Made by a program: the position numbers and the translations under genes. A model generated the notes under the pieces. The model worked only from the letters and a program-made list of their open reading frames with translations. It had not been told where the DNA came from and ran no database searches. Positions 10,525 through 20,032 of a stretch of 64,000 bases of DNA are shown in pieces; position 1 is the stretch's first letter; each line of letters opens with the position of its first letter. The stretch is from Bacteroidota bacterium (GTDB lineage Bacteria; Bacteroidota; Ignavibacteria; UBA10030; UBA6906), in the NCBI GenBank assembly GCA_036397975.1, contig DASWHW010000099.1:700-64699 (forward strand), read 5' to 3'.

Positions 10525-11865
10525 ATGCCCTCAAAGAAAAGCTTTTCTGAAAGGAGTGCGACACCCTTGGTCTCGGACACTGCACAACACGCCGTCTCAC
10601 TGGAACCGGGTCCACCGCTGGATGCTGATAATCCTTTTGAATCGATGATGCAACGATTCGATGTTGCGGCGGAGATTCTGGGCCTCGACAAGGGTATCTA
10701 TCAATACCTCAAGACTCCTGCTCGACAGCATATCGTCTCCATTCCCATTCAGATGGATGACGGTCGGATTGAGGTCTTTGAAGGCTATCGTGTGATTCAC
10801 AACGATGTAATGGGCCCTTCAAAAGGGGGCATTCGGTACGCACCCGACGTAACAATTGACGAGGTAAAAGCGCTGGCTGCATGGATGACATGGAAGTGCG
10901 CTGTTGTGAATATTCCTTTCGGTGGTGCAAAAGGGGGAGTTCGCTGCGACCCATCAAAGCTTACCCAGATCGAAATCGAAAAGATCACCCGTCGGTACAC
11001 TGCAAATATGATTGATGTCTTCGGTCCCGACCGCGATGTTCCTGCTCCCGACATGAATACAAACGAACAAACCATGGCGTGGATCATGGACACCTATAGT
11101 ATGCATCATCGAAGAACAGAGAATGCAGTTGTGACGGGAAAGCCTCTGATTCTTGGTGGATCACTAGGCAGGAAGGAGGCGACGGGACGCGGAGTCATGG
11201 TTTCTACACTTGCTGCTCTGGAAAAAGTGGGGATGACTCCTGGCCAATCAACGGTAGCGGTGCAGGGTTTCGGAAATGTCGGGTCAATATCTGCAAGGCT
11301 TCTGGAGGAAGAGGGTTGCAAGATTGTTGCCATTAGTGATATTTCGGGCGCGTATTACAACAAGGGAGGGCTGAATATCAAGGATGCAATGGCATACATG
11401 GAGAAGAACAGATCGCTTCAAGGTTGGAAAGGGGGAGACAAGATGTCTCAGGTTGATCTTCTTCAATGTGATTGTGATGTCCTTGTCCCGGCTGCGAAGG
11501 AAGATCAGATCACTTCGAAGGTAGCAAAGAATGTCAAAGCGAAAGTGATTGTAGAAGGAGCGAATGGACCGACGACCGCGAAGGCGGATCCGATTCTCCA
11601 GGAGAAAGGTGTTCTTGTGGTTCCCGACATTCTTGCAAATGCGGGGGGCGTCACTGTTTCATATTTTGAGTGGGTTCAGGATCGCGTCGGTTATTTCTGG
11701 AGCCTCCAGCGAGTGAATCGACGCTTAGAAAGAATGATGCGCACCTCCTTCGATGCTGTTTTCGATATGTCAGAAAAGCACAGCGTGACAATGCGAATTG
11801 GTGCGTACGTACTGGCGATCGACAAGGTCGCAAAAACACTTGTCACACGTGGAATTTACGCTTAG
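10525..11865 (+). CDS. Glu/Leu/Phe/Val dehydrogenase family (glutamate dehydrogenase)
   Basis: Contains the motifs KGGIRYAPDV, PFGGAKGGV and GFGNVG. The first ~35 aa have no homology, so the true start may be internal (about 10645). Confidence 0.85.
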   Translation: MPSKKSFSERSATPLVSDTAQHAVSLEPGPPLDADNPFESMMQRFDVAAEILGLDKGIYQYLKTPARQHIVSIPIQMDDGRIEVFEGYRVIHNDVMGPSKGGIRYAPDVTIDEVKALAAWMTWKCAVVNIPFGGAKGGVRCDPSKLTQIEIEKITRRYTANMIDVFGPDRDVPAPDMNTNEQTMAWIMDTYSMHHRRTENAVVTGKPLILGGSLGRKEATGRGVMVSTLAALEKVGMTPGQSTVAVQGFGNVGSISARLLEEEGCKIVAISDISGAYYNKGGLNIKDAMAYMEKNRSLQGWKGGDKMSQVDLLQCDCDVLVPAAKEDQITSKVAKNVKAKVIVEGANGPTTAKADPILQEKGVLVVPDILANAGGVTVSYFEWVQDRVGYFWSLQRVNRRLERMMRTSFDAVFDMSEKHSVTMRIGAYVLAIDKVAKTLVTRGIYA

Positions 11866-12493
11866 GAGGAGAGAACTGCTTCGTCGGCTGACATCGTTTT
11901 CTATATTTCTCCTTGCCGTCGTTCAGCCAGGGAGCGGGCAGGAGGTGGGGACGTTACCGCTCTCGAACTTGTCGGTCCTCGATGCCTTGGTCAGGGAATC
12001 AGCTGTTACAATCATCCCGGAATGTCATCGGCTGAACGTCAGTCAATTTGCCATCCAACTGACGCCGACGGACCTTGCTCCTTTCTTCCGAAATTCACTA
12101 ATCCGAACATTTACAGACAGTGGCTTTCGGGTTGTCAGTGTTGATTCGGCACGCGTTTTACAGGTTGGGATTCTGAACGGTGGAATCCATTTCCCGTCCG
12201 TCTGGAAGTCCGGCATTTTCGGGAGTCGAGTAGCACAGCGCGTCGCCTCAGTTGATGTTTCTTTCTTTCTGGATCCGCTCGCGGAGGGCGTTCCTGTTCT
12301 TACCAGGAACGTAATAAAAGAGTTTTCTGATACTGTCGCGGTCGACGCTATCAAAGATCTGCGGCATCCATCTCTTGCACTTGAACAGGGAGAGCTACCA
12401 TCGGAGGGAATATTTTCAGGAGTTCTTGAGCCGCTGGTCCTGTTGGGAGCACTCGCGGTGGGAATTTTCCTTTTGTTCACGGTTCGAAGTTGA
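11849..12493 (+). CDS. Hypothetical exported or membrane-anchored protein with a twin-arginine-like signal and a C-terminal TM helix
   Basis: The ORF has no internal Met. A GTG at 11849 gives MEFTLRRRELLRRLTSFSIFLLAVV.. (an RR-x-L-L-R motif plus a hydrophobic region). Its TGA stop overlaps the TTG start of the next gene (TTGA). The alternative ATG at 11798 would overlap gdh by 68 nt. Confidence 0.4.
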   Translation: MEFTLRRRELLRRLTSFSIFLLAVVQPGSGQEVGTLPLSNLSVLDALVRESAVTIIPECHRLNVSQFAIQLTPTDLAPFFRNSLIRTFTDSGFRVVSVDSARVLQVGILNGGIHFPSVWKSGIFGSRVAQRVASVDVSFFLDPLAEGVPVLTRNVIKEFSDTVAVDAIKDLRHPSLALEQGELPSEGIFSGVLEPLVLLGALAVGIFLLFTVRS

Positions 12494-13530
12494 ACCGTTT
12501 GGGGCGGGTCATAACCTGGCTGGGCTTGGCGGCCAGTATAACTTTTACGATAATGTTCTTTTATCGCCCGGAGCCGGGAGAACAATCCTTCGCTGTACCG
12601 GTTGCTGGCAACTCGACCGTAGTACGATTCCTGGCAGTGGGAGATATCAACCTCGGGAGGTTGGCGGGACAGAAGATTCTTGGCGGTGATACGCTTTTTC
12701 CGTTTGAGAATATAGCAACTACGCTCAAGGAATATGATCTGGTCTTTGGCAATCTGGAATCGCAGTTGTCCAACCAGGATGGTGAGACTCAACACCCGGA
12801 CAACAACTACATTTTCACTGGTCCTCCGGCTGGTGCAGTATCGTTACACCGAGCAGGTTTTCACGTAGTCTCAACGGCGAACAACCATGCTCTTGATTAC
12901 GGGTATGCAGGATTGTCAGAAACGATCCGTTATCTGCGTGCGAACTGGGTCGAATCGGTTGGAACGAGCGAACACATGGATTCACTCTACCGTCCTCTCT
13001 TGATGGTAAGAAAAAATATCCGGTTCGCATTTTTTGCCTGTACGGAAATCATGAACACGGCCGATAGGTCGTGGAGCAAGGTAGTGTGTAAAGCTGATAC
13101 GACATTGCTCTTGCCGGAAATCCGTTTTTGGAAAGACTCCGTTGATGTAGTGATTGTCAGTTTCCATGGAGGGACAGAGTATGGGGAGGAGGCGTCGCCG
13201 GGAACGCTCTGGTTTGCCAATTGCGTTCTTGTCGCTGGGGCACATGTGTTTCTCGGTCATCATCCTCATGTGTCCTACGGAATCATCGAGGATCATGGGA
13301 GGTTGATCGTTCCTTCGCTGGGAAACTTCGTCTTCTTGCAGCCGCAGCGTTATTGGGCTCAAAGAAGCTTTGCGCTCGAGATTGAGTTTGAGAAAACCGG
13401 AGAAAATATTGTGCTCACAAAATATCGTCCGCTGCCAATACGATGCGGACTACAGCCCGAGTTCCTTCCTCAAGGGGAGGAAGCCATGATGATAGCGCAG
13501 AGAATTCAATCGTTTTCGCGAGTTATGTAA
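12490..13530 (+). CDS. CapA/PgsA-family metallophosphatase-like protein (poly-gamma-glutamate capsule synthesis-like)
   Basis: Has an N-terminal TM anchor and the motifs VGDINLGR, NLES, ANNHALDYG and HGGTEYG. Confidence 0.7.
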   Translation: MNRLGRVITWLGLAASITFTIMFFYRPEPGEQSFAVPVAGNSTVVRFLAVGDINLGRLAGQKILGGDTLFPFENIATTLKEYDLVFGNLESQLSNQDGETQHPDNNYIFTGPPAGAVSLHRAGFHVVSTANNHALDYGYAGLSETIRYLRANWVESVGTSEHMDSLYRPLLMVRKNIRFAFFACTEIMNTADRSWSKVVCKADTTLLLPEIRFWKDSVDVVIVSFHGGTEYGEEASPGTLWFANCVLVAGAHVFLGHHPHVSYGIIEDHGRLIVPSLGNFVFLQPQRYWAQRSFALEIEFEKTGENIVLTKYRPLPIRCGLQPEFLPQGEEAMMIAQRIQSFSRVM

Positions 13531-14390
13531 TGTCGGAGAATACCGTGGCAAAATATTTATTGTACCTAATACCTCTCTTCATGATTTTCGTTGGGGGATG
13601 CGGTTCATCAGAGGCGACTAAAGAAGTGTCTGTTGAAGAACGGTTCAAGGAGGCGATGGAGCAATTTAATGATCGAGACTATCTCGACGCCATCAATGAA
13701 TTTAAGGCTATCAGTCTCCAGTATCCGGGAAGCGCTTACGCGGATGATGCCCAATACTATCTCGGGGAATGTCATTTCAAGCGAGGTGAATTCCTCCTCG
13801 CAGCATATGAATATGGAGATATGAAGCGATCGTTTCCGGCGAGTTCATTGGTGCCTGACGCCCAGTATAAGTTAGGACTCTCCTATTATGAGCTATCTCC
13901 TCCCGCAAGACTGGATCAGCGATATACAACAAAGGCAAAAGATGAACTGCAGGCGTTCGTCGAGTATTACCCGTCGCATGAAATGGCACCGGATGCAGAG
14001 GCTAGAATTAGAGAATTGACAGACAAGCTCGCGGAGAAAGCATATAATAGCGCTAAGCTCTATCAGCGGATGGAGCGTTACCGCGCCGCACTTCATTATC
14101 TGGACGAAATTACCGAACGGTATCACGATACCAACTTTGCACCTCTTTCGTATCTCACCAAAACAGAAATCGAAATTTCACGCAAGCGTTACCGTTCGGC
14201 AAAGGAGACGGTCTCAAAATTCATTTCCCTCTTTCCCAACAGTGTTTTGCGAGCCCAGGCTGATCGGCTGCTCGAAGAGGCAGAAAACGGGTTACGCAGT
14301 GGTGATGATCGTTCGAGCAGTGTCACGAGCGGAACATCCTCCGGGGCTGACGTATTCCTGCATGGTCTTTCGTCCTCAACGGACCGATGA
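13530..14390 (+). CDS. bamD: Outer membrane protein assembly factor BamD (TPR lipoprotein)
   Basis: Lipoprotein signal with a lipobox (..FMIFVGGCGSS) followed by TPR-like repeats (YYLGECHFKRGEF, YKLGLSYYEL). The ATG overlaps the capA stop (TAATG). Confidence 0.75.
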   Translation: MSENTVAKYLLYLIPLFMIFVGGCGSSEATKEVSVEERFKEAMEQFNDRDYLDAINEFKAISLQYPGSAYADDAQYYLGECHFKRGEFLLAAYEYGDMKRSFPASSLVPDAQYKLGLSYYELSPPARLDQRYTTKAKDELQAFVEYYPSHEMAPDAEARIRELTDKLAEKAYNSAKLYQRMERYRAALHYLDEITERYHDTNFAPLSYLTKTEIEISRKRYRSAKETVSKFISLFPNSVLRAQADRLLEEAENGLRSGDDRSSSVTSGTSSGADVFLHGLSSSTDR

Positions 14391-14863
14391 CCATGGACCC
14401 GAAGCTTGTCAAAGACTCGCAGGTCTTTTCAACAGAACTTGTTCTTCCGAACGATACGAATCAACTCGGAAACCTGCTTGGCGGCCGGCTCATGCATTGG
14501 ATCGATATTTCGGCAGCAATTTCTGCACAGCGGCATACCGGGAGGGTCTGCGTCACCGCGTCCGTGGACGAGTTGAACTTTCATCACCCGATTAAACTGG
14601 GGGAAGTTGTCACGTTACAGTCATCTGTGAACCGGACATTCCGCTCATCGATGGAGATCGGTGTTATCGTGACTGCCCAGGCGCTTGGTGGAAAGGAACG
14701 TCTCGCCAACAACGCCTATCTGACATTCGTTGCAATTGATGAAAATGGTCGGCCAGTTCCCGTTCCTCCTATTGTCCCAAAATCCAGCGAAGAGCAGCGT
14801 CGCTTCGAGGAGGCTCTTCAAAGACGCGAGGCTCGATTGAAACATCGACACAAAGTTGAATAA
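14387..14863 (+). CDS. Acyl-CoA thioesterase (hotdog fold, YciA-like)
   Basis: 158-aa hotdog-fold protein. Its start overlaps the bamD stop by 4 nt. Confidence 0.6.
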   Translation: MTMDPKLVKDSQVFSTELVLPNDTNQLGNLLGGRLMHWIDISAAISAQRHTGRVCVTASVDELNFHHPIKLGEVVTLQSSVNRTFRSSMEIGVIVTAQALGGKERLANNAYLTFVAIDENGRPVPVPPIVPKSSEEQRRFEEALQRREARLKHRHKVE

Positions 14864-14881
14864 TCACTTCCATCGCTGACA

Positions 14882-17098
14882 TTGGCTATTCCCGTTGGAG
14901 AAAAAGAAATTGTTCCCGGTGCGTACATTCGTCGAGTCCTATTAGGCCTGATTCAGGTGCAAGTCATCTGTGTCCTTCAGGCATACTCCGAGCGGCCGTA
15001 CGCTTCATTCGGATCTGTTTCAGGGGTGGCGGTTGATTTCATTCCAAAGGACATATGCATTTTGCCCACCCACCCTCTCATTCAGTTGACGGTGAGTGCA
15101 AGGAACAAACCCGTTCTTCATTTTTTTTCCTTTTCGCGCGATGGTGTCCTTTCACTGCAGTCAGCCATTACCGTAACCGCTCCCGCCCGCTCGATGAAAG
15201 TCCTCGATCTCACCGCAGGACGGACTCCAGATATCGTTCTGCTTCATGAACACACTCTCTCAATTCTATCTATAGACGCTCTGGAGAATCAGCCGCGTAT
15301 TGTCTCCTTTCCAGGATCGGGAGACGACTTCACTGCGGCTGATATCAATGGCGATGGACACCCCGATTTTCTTCTCTACGGAAAGAACTCCGCTGGGATA
15401 GCGACAATGATAGGTCGGGCAGGAAAATCATTTGTAGAAGGTCCTCTTCTCTTTCCTGATATATCCGTCAGTGATCTCGTTTGCAAGGATCTGAACGGCG
15501 ATGGGATTACGGATATCATTCTGTGCAATTGGCTTTCGAATCAACTCGTTGTCTTTCTCGGCATCGGCAGAGCAGTTTTCTCTGAGCAAATCACTATTGA
15601 TCTCCCCGGCGAGCCGGAGAACATGTCTCTTGTTTCTCTTCCAAAGAAACGAGAATTCAGGATTGCCGTGAGTGTCCCTGATCAGCGAGAAATCATCATT
15701 TATGATGGAGATGCCCTTGGCGATTTTCAGCAGAGGGTAGTCATTCACGTGCCGGATGCCCCCCATGGGGTGCGTTTGGTCGATACGAACGGGGACAACT
15801 TGTTTGATGTTGTTACATCGACGAAGAGTGGAATCGTCGTCAGCCTCGCCATGTCGGGCACACACTATTCTGAACCTGTGTTGTATGGCGCCACCATTAA
15901 CCCGTCGTCGTGGGATGTCGGCGATATCGACGGTGATAAACTCCCAGATCTGGTTGTCGGTGAAGCGTCAATGAAAAAGATAGTCGCGCTCGGAAATACC
16001 AAGCATGCCGCGTCAATTCGATGGCCCGATAATTATTCAGTCGGCAACAATCCCACGGGAATAGCCACCCGTGATTTTGATGGAGATGGGTTGATCGATA
16101 TCGCCGTTGCAAATACACGGTCGGAATCTGTATCGATTCTCTATAATGCGGGTGGAGGAAGGTTGCGCGGACAAGATGTTATTCCTGTTGGCAAAGAGCC
16201 TTTGTTTCTCCGCACCGCAAGCGTCGAGCGGGGAGCCGAAAAAACTCTGGTGATCTCGCATTCCCATGTCGATCAGGCCACCGTTCTTCATCTGAATCAG
16301 GATTCTGCGGAGGCACGATCATCGCTGGTCCCGACCGATAACAACCCGTATGTTGTCTTTGCAAAGGATGTTTCTGCCGGAGGTCAACTGGAAATGCTAG
16401 TACGTTCCACCAAGCAACGCTCGGTTTCGCTGTCACTCTTCCAGCAACTTGGCGGCTCAGAATTCCTCGAAAGAAGCGTCCGATCAATTCCCAGCGCAAA
16501 CATCATTGCGTTAACAGTCGGCGATCTGACGAAGAATGGATCGTATGATCTTGTAGTTGCCTCGATGGAAAACTCATCGAAAAGCGTGGTGGTTTCGGTG
16601 GCAGAAGGAGATTCATCGTTCACTTTTCGCCCCGCACAATCGGTGTTTTCGTATAGTGATTCCACCCGGTCTACTGTTGCATTGCTCTCTGGCTTCGTCA
16701 CCAGTCATGAATTCAAGGATATTGTCGTTGTCAAGGGAAAGCCGGAATATCAGATCGGGATTGCATCTGGATTCAGTTTTCTTACTTATCACGATTCTTT
16801 GATCTGGATTGATCACGTCAACCCCCTGCATGAGGATGCAATCATTTTCAAAGACGTCGACTTCGACAATATTACTGATATCGTACTACCAGACGCTTCA
16901 CAAAAAATGGTCATGGTTTACTACGGGAAGAAGGGAGGGGGGTTCGAAAATGGGTCGAGTGTGTTTGAGGCCGATGATATTCAGTCAATTCGCATTGCGC
17001 CAATCAAATCGCCACCAGCACTCGACCTCATTGTGTCGCGAGGCGAACGAGGCATGGTCTCTCTTGTACCTCAACCGTTCAGGAGAACAGGGAAGTGA
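14882..17098 (+). CDS. FG-GAP/VCBS repeat-containing protein
   Basis: Several DxNGDGxxD calcium-binding repeats (DINGDGHPDFLL, DLNGDGITDIIL, DIDGDKLPDLVV, DFDGDGLIDIAV). The start codon is uncertain (TTG at 14882). Confidence 0.6.
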   Translation: MAIPVGEKEIVPGAYIRRVLLGLIQVQVICVLQAYSERPYASFGSVSGVAVDFIPKDICILPTHPLIQLTVSARNKPVLHFFSFSRDGVLSLQSAITVTAPARSMKVLDLTAGRTPDIVLLHEHTLSILSIDALENQPRIVSFPGSGDDFTAADINGDGHPDFLLYGKNSAGIATMIGRAGKSFVEGPLLFPDISVSDLVCKDLNGDGITDIILCNWLSNQLVVFLGIGRAVFSEQITIDLPGEPENMSLVSLPKKREFRIAVSVPDQREIIIYDGDALGDFQQRVVIHVPDAPHGVRLVDTNGDNLFDVVTSTKSGIVVSLAMSGTHYSEPVLYGATINPSSWDVGDIDGDKLPDLVVGEASMKKIVALGNTKHAASIRWPDNYSVGNNPTGIATRDFDGDGLIDIAVANTRSESVSILYNAGGGRLRGQDVIPVGKEPLFLRTASVERGAEKTLVISHSHVDQATVLHLNQDSAEARSSLVPTDNNPYVVFAKDVSAGGQLEMLVRSTKQRSVSLSLFQQLGGSEFLERSVRSIPSANIIALTVGDLTKNGSYDLVVASMENSSKSVVVSVAEGDSSFTFRPAQSVFSYSDSTRSTVALLSGFVTSHEFKDIVVVKGKPEYQIGIASGFSFLTYHDSLIWIDHVNPLHEDAIIFKDVDFDNITDIVLPDASQKMVMVYYGKKGGGFENGSSVFEADDIQSIRIAPIKSPPALDLIVSRGERGMVSLVPQPFRRTGK

Positions 17099-18729
17099 AG
17101 TATTCCGTGCGCATTGCGCTGAAGATAGCGGTTATTCTGATCTGTGTCTTCACCACCTCTGTGGCACAAATCAACTCCTCACGCACGACCACAGCTTTCG
17201 ACCTTATCCTCTCGATTGACTCCTCAAGTACCATCAAATGCGGTCTCCCTGTCCTTGCCCAGCAGTGGGAATCCGAGCGCTCGTTTCTCCTCGACCTCAC
17301 ACGTCCAGTAATGCAAAAGACCAGGATGGTCGGAGGCTTCCGTGTTCATTATGATACGGTGGGGGCAAATGTCCCCGCGATGTTGAATGTCAACAAACAG
17401 CGCATTCCCGGGTCGCATGAAGAGTACATAGACTCCGTCCTCGCGATTATGCAAACAGTCGTCGCCACTGAAACCATAATTCTGGGTTACACAGCTGCTC
17501 CTCAAGATGGCATTGAAGGGGGAGGGCCTGAATATGATATTTATGTTGAAGAACTTTCAAATTTGTACGGGGTAACTATTCCGGAGAATCAGCTTGACAC
17601 AAAACCAGACGGTGGCCGGTTCACGTCCTACCTTGAAATAGACAACGACTTTATCTTCGTTTTCCCATTTGCGAACAAAGGTCTCCCGGCGATGCGTGTA
17701 ACACTCGCCCATGAATATCATCATGCAATCCAGCTAGGTAGCTACGGCTTCTGGTCTCGTGACAGATATTTTTACGAAGTGACATCCACGTGGATGGAAG
17801 ATGTCCTTTTCACTGAGGTGAACGACTACCTTCAGTACTTGCCATCCCACTTTCTCAATCCGCAGCGTGCCTTCACTACCTCCGATGGAGCAACAGAATA
17901 TGCACGATGCATTTGGGGACACTATCTTGAGAAACGATTTTCTCCTGCTGTGATGCGGATGTCATGGGAGGAGATGAGAAATGTTCCGAGCCTGGAGGCC
18001 ATGGATAACGCACTCCGGAGTCCGCCATTCTTTTCGACATTTCGGTCAGCTTTCACTGAATGGTCGGAGTGGAATTATTATACAGGGTCACGGGCAGATT
18101 CAGTCAGGTATTATCCCGAGAGCCCATTGTACCCGCCGGTGAATCAAACGATTGTGTCGATCACATCGTCGACTGGACAATCAACAGGATCTCTTCCTGC
18201 CATGGCTTCACGATATTTCGATATCCGCTCCTCCACCGAAACCGTAAACCTCATATTATCAAACATCAACTTTGAGAGCGCTGTTCTGAATAATACAACA
18301 GCTTTTCCCTATACGTACCGTTTCAGCAATTCGAAACTGGGGAGCGATTACCGGCAAGCAGGAACGAGCTTGTTCGTCAAACTTGATGTCCCTGATATTT
18401 CGAATTGGTATACTTCTGGACTCCCAACGTTCTTCCCCGAAGGAGTTGCTTTCCCCAATCCATTTATTACCAGTGGCAAGGGTGTTATAAACATCCCGAT
18501 CAATTCTGCCATTTCGGTCGCATATTCCCTTTCTGTTTTCTCGAGCGACATGGACCGGACCTTCGACTTTACAGGCAGTTCCCATTATGTGACACCACCG
18601 GGGACGCAGGCTGCACAATGGGATGGGACGACGGAAAGGGGTGAAAGGGCTTCGTCGGGGGTTTACATGTATGTTCTGGAATACGGCGGGGAAATACACA
18701 AGGGAAAAATAGTTCTCATTCAGCAATAG
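17095..18729 (+). CDS. Secreted putative zinc metallopeptidase (HExxH) with a T9SS type-A C-terminal sorting domain
   Basis: Signal peptide (MKYSVRIALKIAVILICVFTTSVAQ), an HEYHH motif, and a C-terminal ~85 aa matching the Por-secretion tail pattern (FPNPF...WDGT...SGVYMYVLEYGGEIHKGKIVLIQ). The GTGA start overlaps the upstream stop. Confidence 0.65.
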   Translation: MKYSVRIALKIAVILICVFTTSVAQINSSRTTTAFDLILSIDSSSTIKCGLPVLAQQWESERSFLLDLTRPVMQKTRMVGGFRVHYDTVGANVPAMLNVNKQRIPGSHEEYIDSVLAIMQTVVATETIILGYTAAPQDGIEGGGPEYDIYVEELSNLYGVTIPENQLDTKPDGGRFTSYLEIDNDFIFVFPFANKGLPAMRVTLAHEYHHAIQLGSYGFWSRDRYFYEVTSTWMEDVLFTEVNDYLQYLPSHFLNPQRAFTTSDGATEYARCIWGHYLEKRFSPAVMRMSWEEMRNVPSLEAMDNALRSPPFFSTFRSAFTEWSEWNYYTGSRADSVRYYPESPLYPPVNQTIVSITSSTGQSTGSLPAMASRYFDIRSSTETVNLILSNINFESAVLNNTTAFPYTYRFSNSKLGSDYRQAGTSLFVKLDVPDISNWYTSGLPTFFPEGVAFPNPFITSGKGVINIPINSAISVAYSLSVFSSDMDRTFDFTGSSHYVTPPGTQAAQWDGTTERGERASSGVYMYVLEYGGEIHKGKIVLIQQ

Positions 18730-18732
18730 AAG

Positions 18733-19353
18733 ATGATCGAGTTCGAAGCACACGCAATAACCAAAACCTTTAACCGTCGCTCGATCTTTCGCGATATCTC
18801 AGTTCGGGTGCAGTCCGGAGAAATCCTTCGTGTCATCGGCCAAAACGGAGCTGGCAAATCGACTTTCGTCAAGATACTTGCGCAGGTTCTCACTCCCACC
18901 TCGGGTGAAGTGAGGTTTTCTCTTGAAGGCCACGCCGTTAAGAGGTATTTGCATAACCTCATCGGTTTTGTCTCGCCCTATATGCAGTTATACGACGAAT
19001 TTACAGCAGAGGAGAATCTCCTGCTTTCGTTATCGATGCGGGCACGGCCGGATGACATGACGGCGGTGAAGAATCTTTTGGGCCGAGTATCGCTTGGCGG
19101 TCGTGGTGACGATCAGGTCCGCACCTTTTCCTCCGGTATGAAACAACGGTTGAAGTACGCCTTTGCTCTCATCCATCAGCCACCGATCCTTATTCTTGAC
19201 GAGCCGATGTCAAACCTGGATACGGAAGGAATAGCAACTGTTCGCCAGGTCATGGAGGAGCAACAGAAGCGTGGGATACTTGTTGTTGCCACGAATGACC
19301 ATACGGATTTAGAAAACTTTGATCATCAGGTGGATCTTGGTGGAAGATCATAA
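18733..19353 (+). CDS. ccmA: Heme exporter ATP-binding protein CcmA
   Basis: Walker A (GQNGAGKST), an ABC signature (SSGMKQRL) and Walker B (ILILDEP). First gene of a ccm cluster. Confidence 0.85.
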   Translation: MIEFEAHAITKTFNRRSIFRDISVRVQSGEILRVIGQNGAGKSTFVKILAQVLTPTSGEVRFSLEGHAVKRYLHNLIGFVSPYMQLYDEFTAEENLLLSLSMRARPDDMTAVKNLLGRVSLGGRGDDQVRTFSSGMKQRLKYAFALIHQPPILILDEPMSNLDTEGIATVRQVMEEQQKRGILVVATNDHTDLENFDHQVDLGGRS

Positions 19354-20032
19354 AAAACTAAGAACATTGTTAATTTCCACGAAGGCAGTGTTTTTGAAAG
19401 ATTGGCGCTCCGAGTTGCGAACGAGATACGCATTAAGCGCGCTGGTGATGTTTGTCCTAACGACGATTGCGATTATTGTCTTTGCCTTCGGGGGTGAATC
19501 TCCTTCTCAGGAGGTCCTTGCCGGTGTCCTGTGGGTCATCATTTTCTTCTCGGGAATGTCCGGGCTTGCAAGGACTTTCGTCGCTGAAGAGGAGAGAGGA
19601 ACTTCCCTGACACTACAATTGTTGGCTACCCCAACCGCTGTCCTCTTTGGCAAGCTCGCCTTCAATGTGGTCCTCGTTCTTATAGTCAACACAATGGCAG
19701 TCCTTCTGTTTTTGTTCTTCTTTTCTTCGTTCCGCGTCGATTCTGTTGGGCTCTTTGTCACAACTCTTACTTTGGGAAGCATTGGACTTGCTTCCGCAAG
19801 CACAATTATTGCGGCAATCATTGCACGTGCCAACACGAAAGGGTCTCTGTTCCCGGTTCTATCGTTACCACTCTTGCTTCCACTTCTCATGACGGTTATT
19901 CATGCAACGACGCTTTCTTCGGAAGGGGCTTTTTTCAGCGAGGGTTTGGATGACTTTAGGATATTAGTTTCTTATATTGGTGCCGTCACAGGGGTATCAT
20001 ACATATTATTTGACTATGTCTGGAAAGATTAA
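19319..20032 (+). CDS. ccmB: Heme exporter membrane protein CcmB
   Basis: Six-TM protein lying between ccmA and ccmC. It overlaps ccmA by 35 nt if the ATG at 19319 is used, and the alternative TTG start at 19367 avoids the overlap. Confidence 0.75.
   Translation: MIIRWILVEDHKKLRTLLISTKAVFLKDWRSELRTRYALSALVMFVLTTIAIIVFAFGGESPSQEVLAGVLWVIIFFSGMSGLARTFVAEEERGTSLTLQLLATPTAVLFGKLAFNVVLVLIVNTMAVLLFLFFFSSFRVDSVGLFVTTLTLGSIGLASASTIIAAIIARANTKGSLFPVLSLPLLLPLLMTVIHATTLSSEGAFFSEGLDDFRILVSYIGAVTGVSYILFDYVWKD

Noticed and set aside
12043-12795. 250-aa ORF on the minus strand overlapping the hypothetical/CapA junction
   Set aside because: Its low-complexity R/S/T-rich translation is antisense to the CapA-like gene, which has conserved metallophosphatase motifs.
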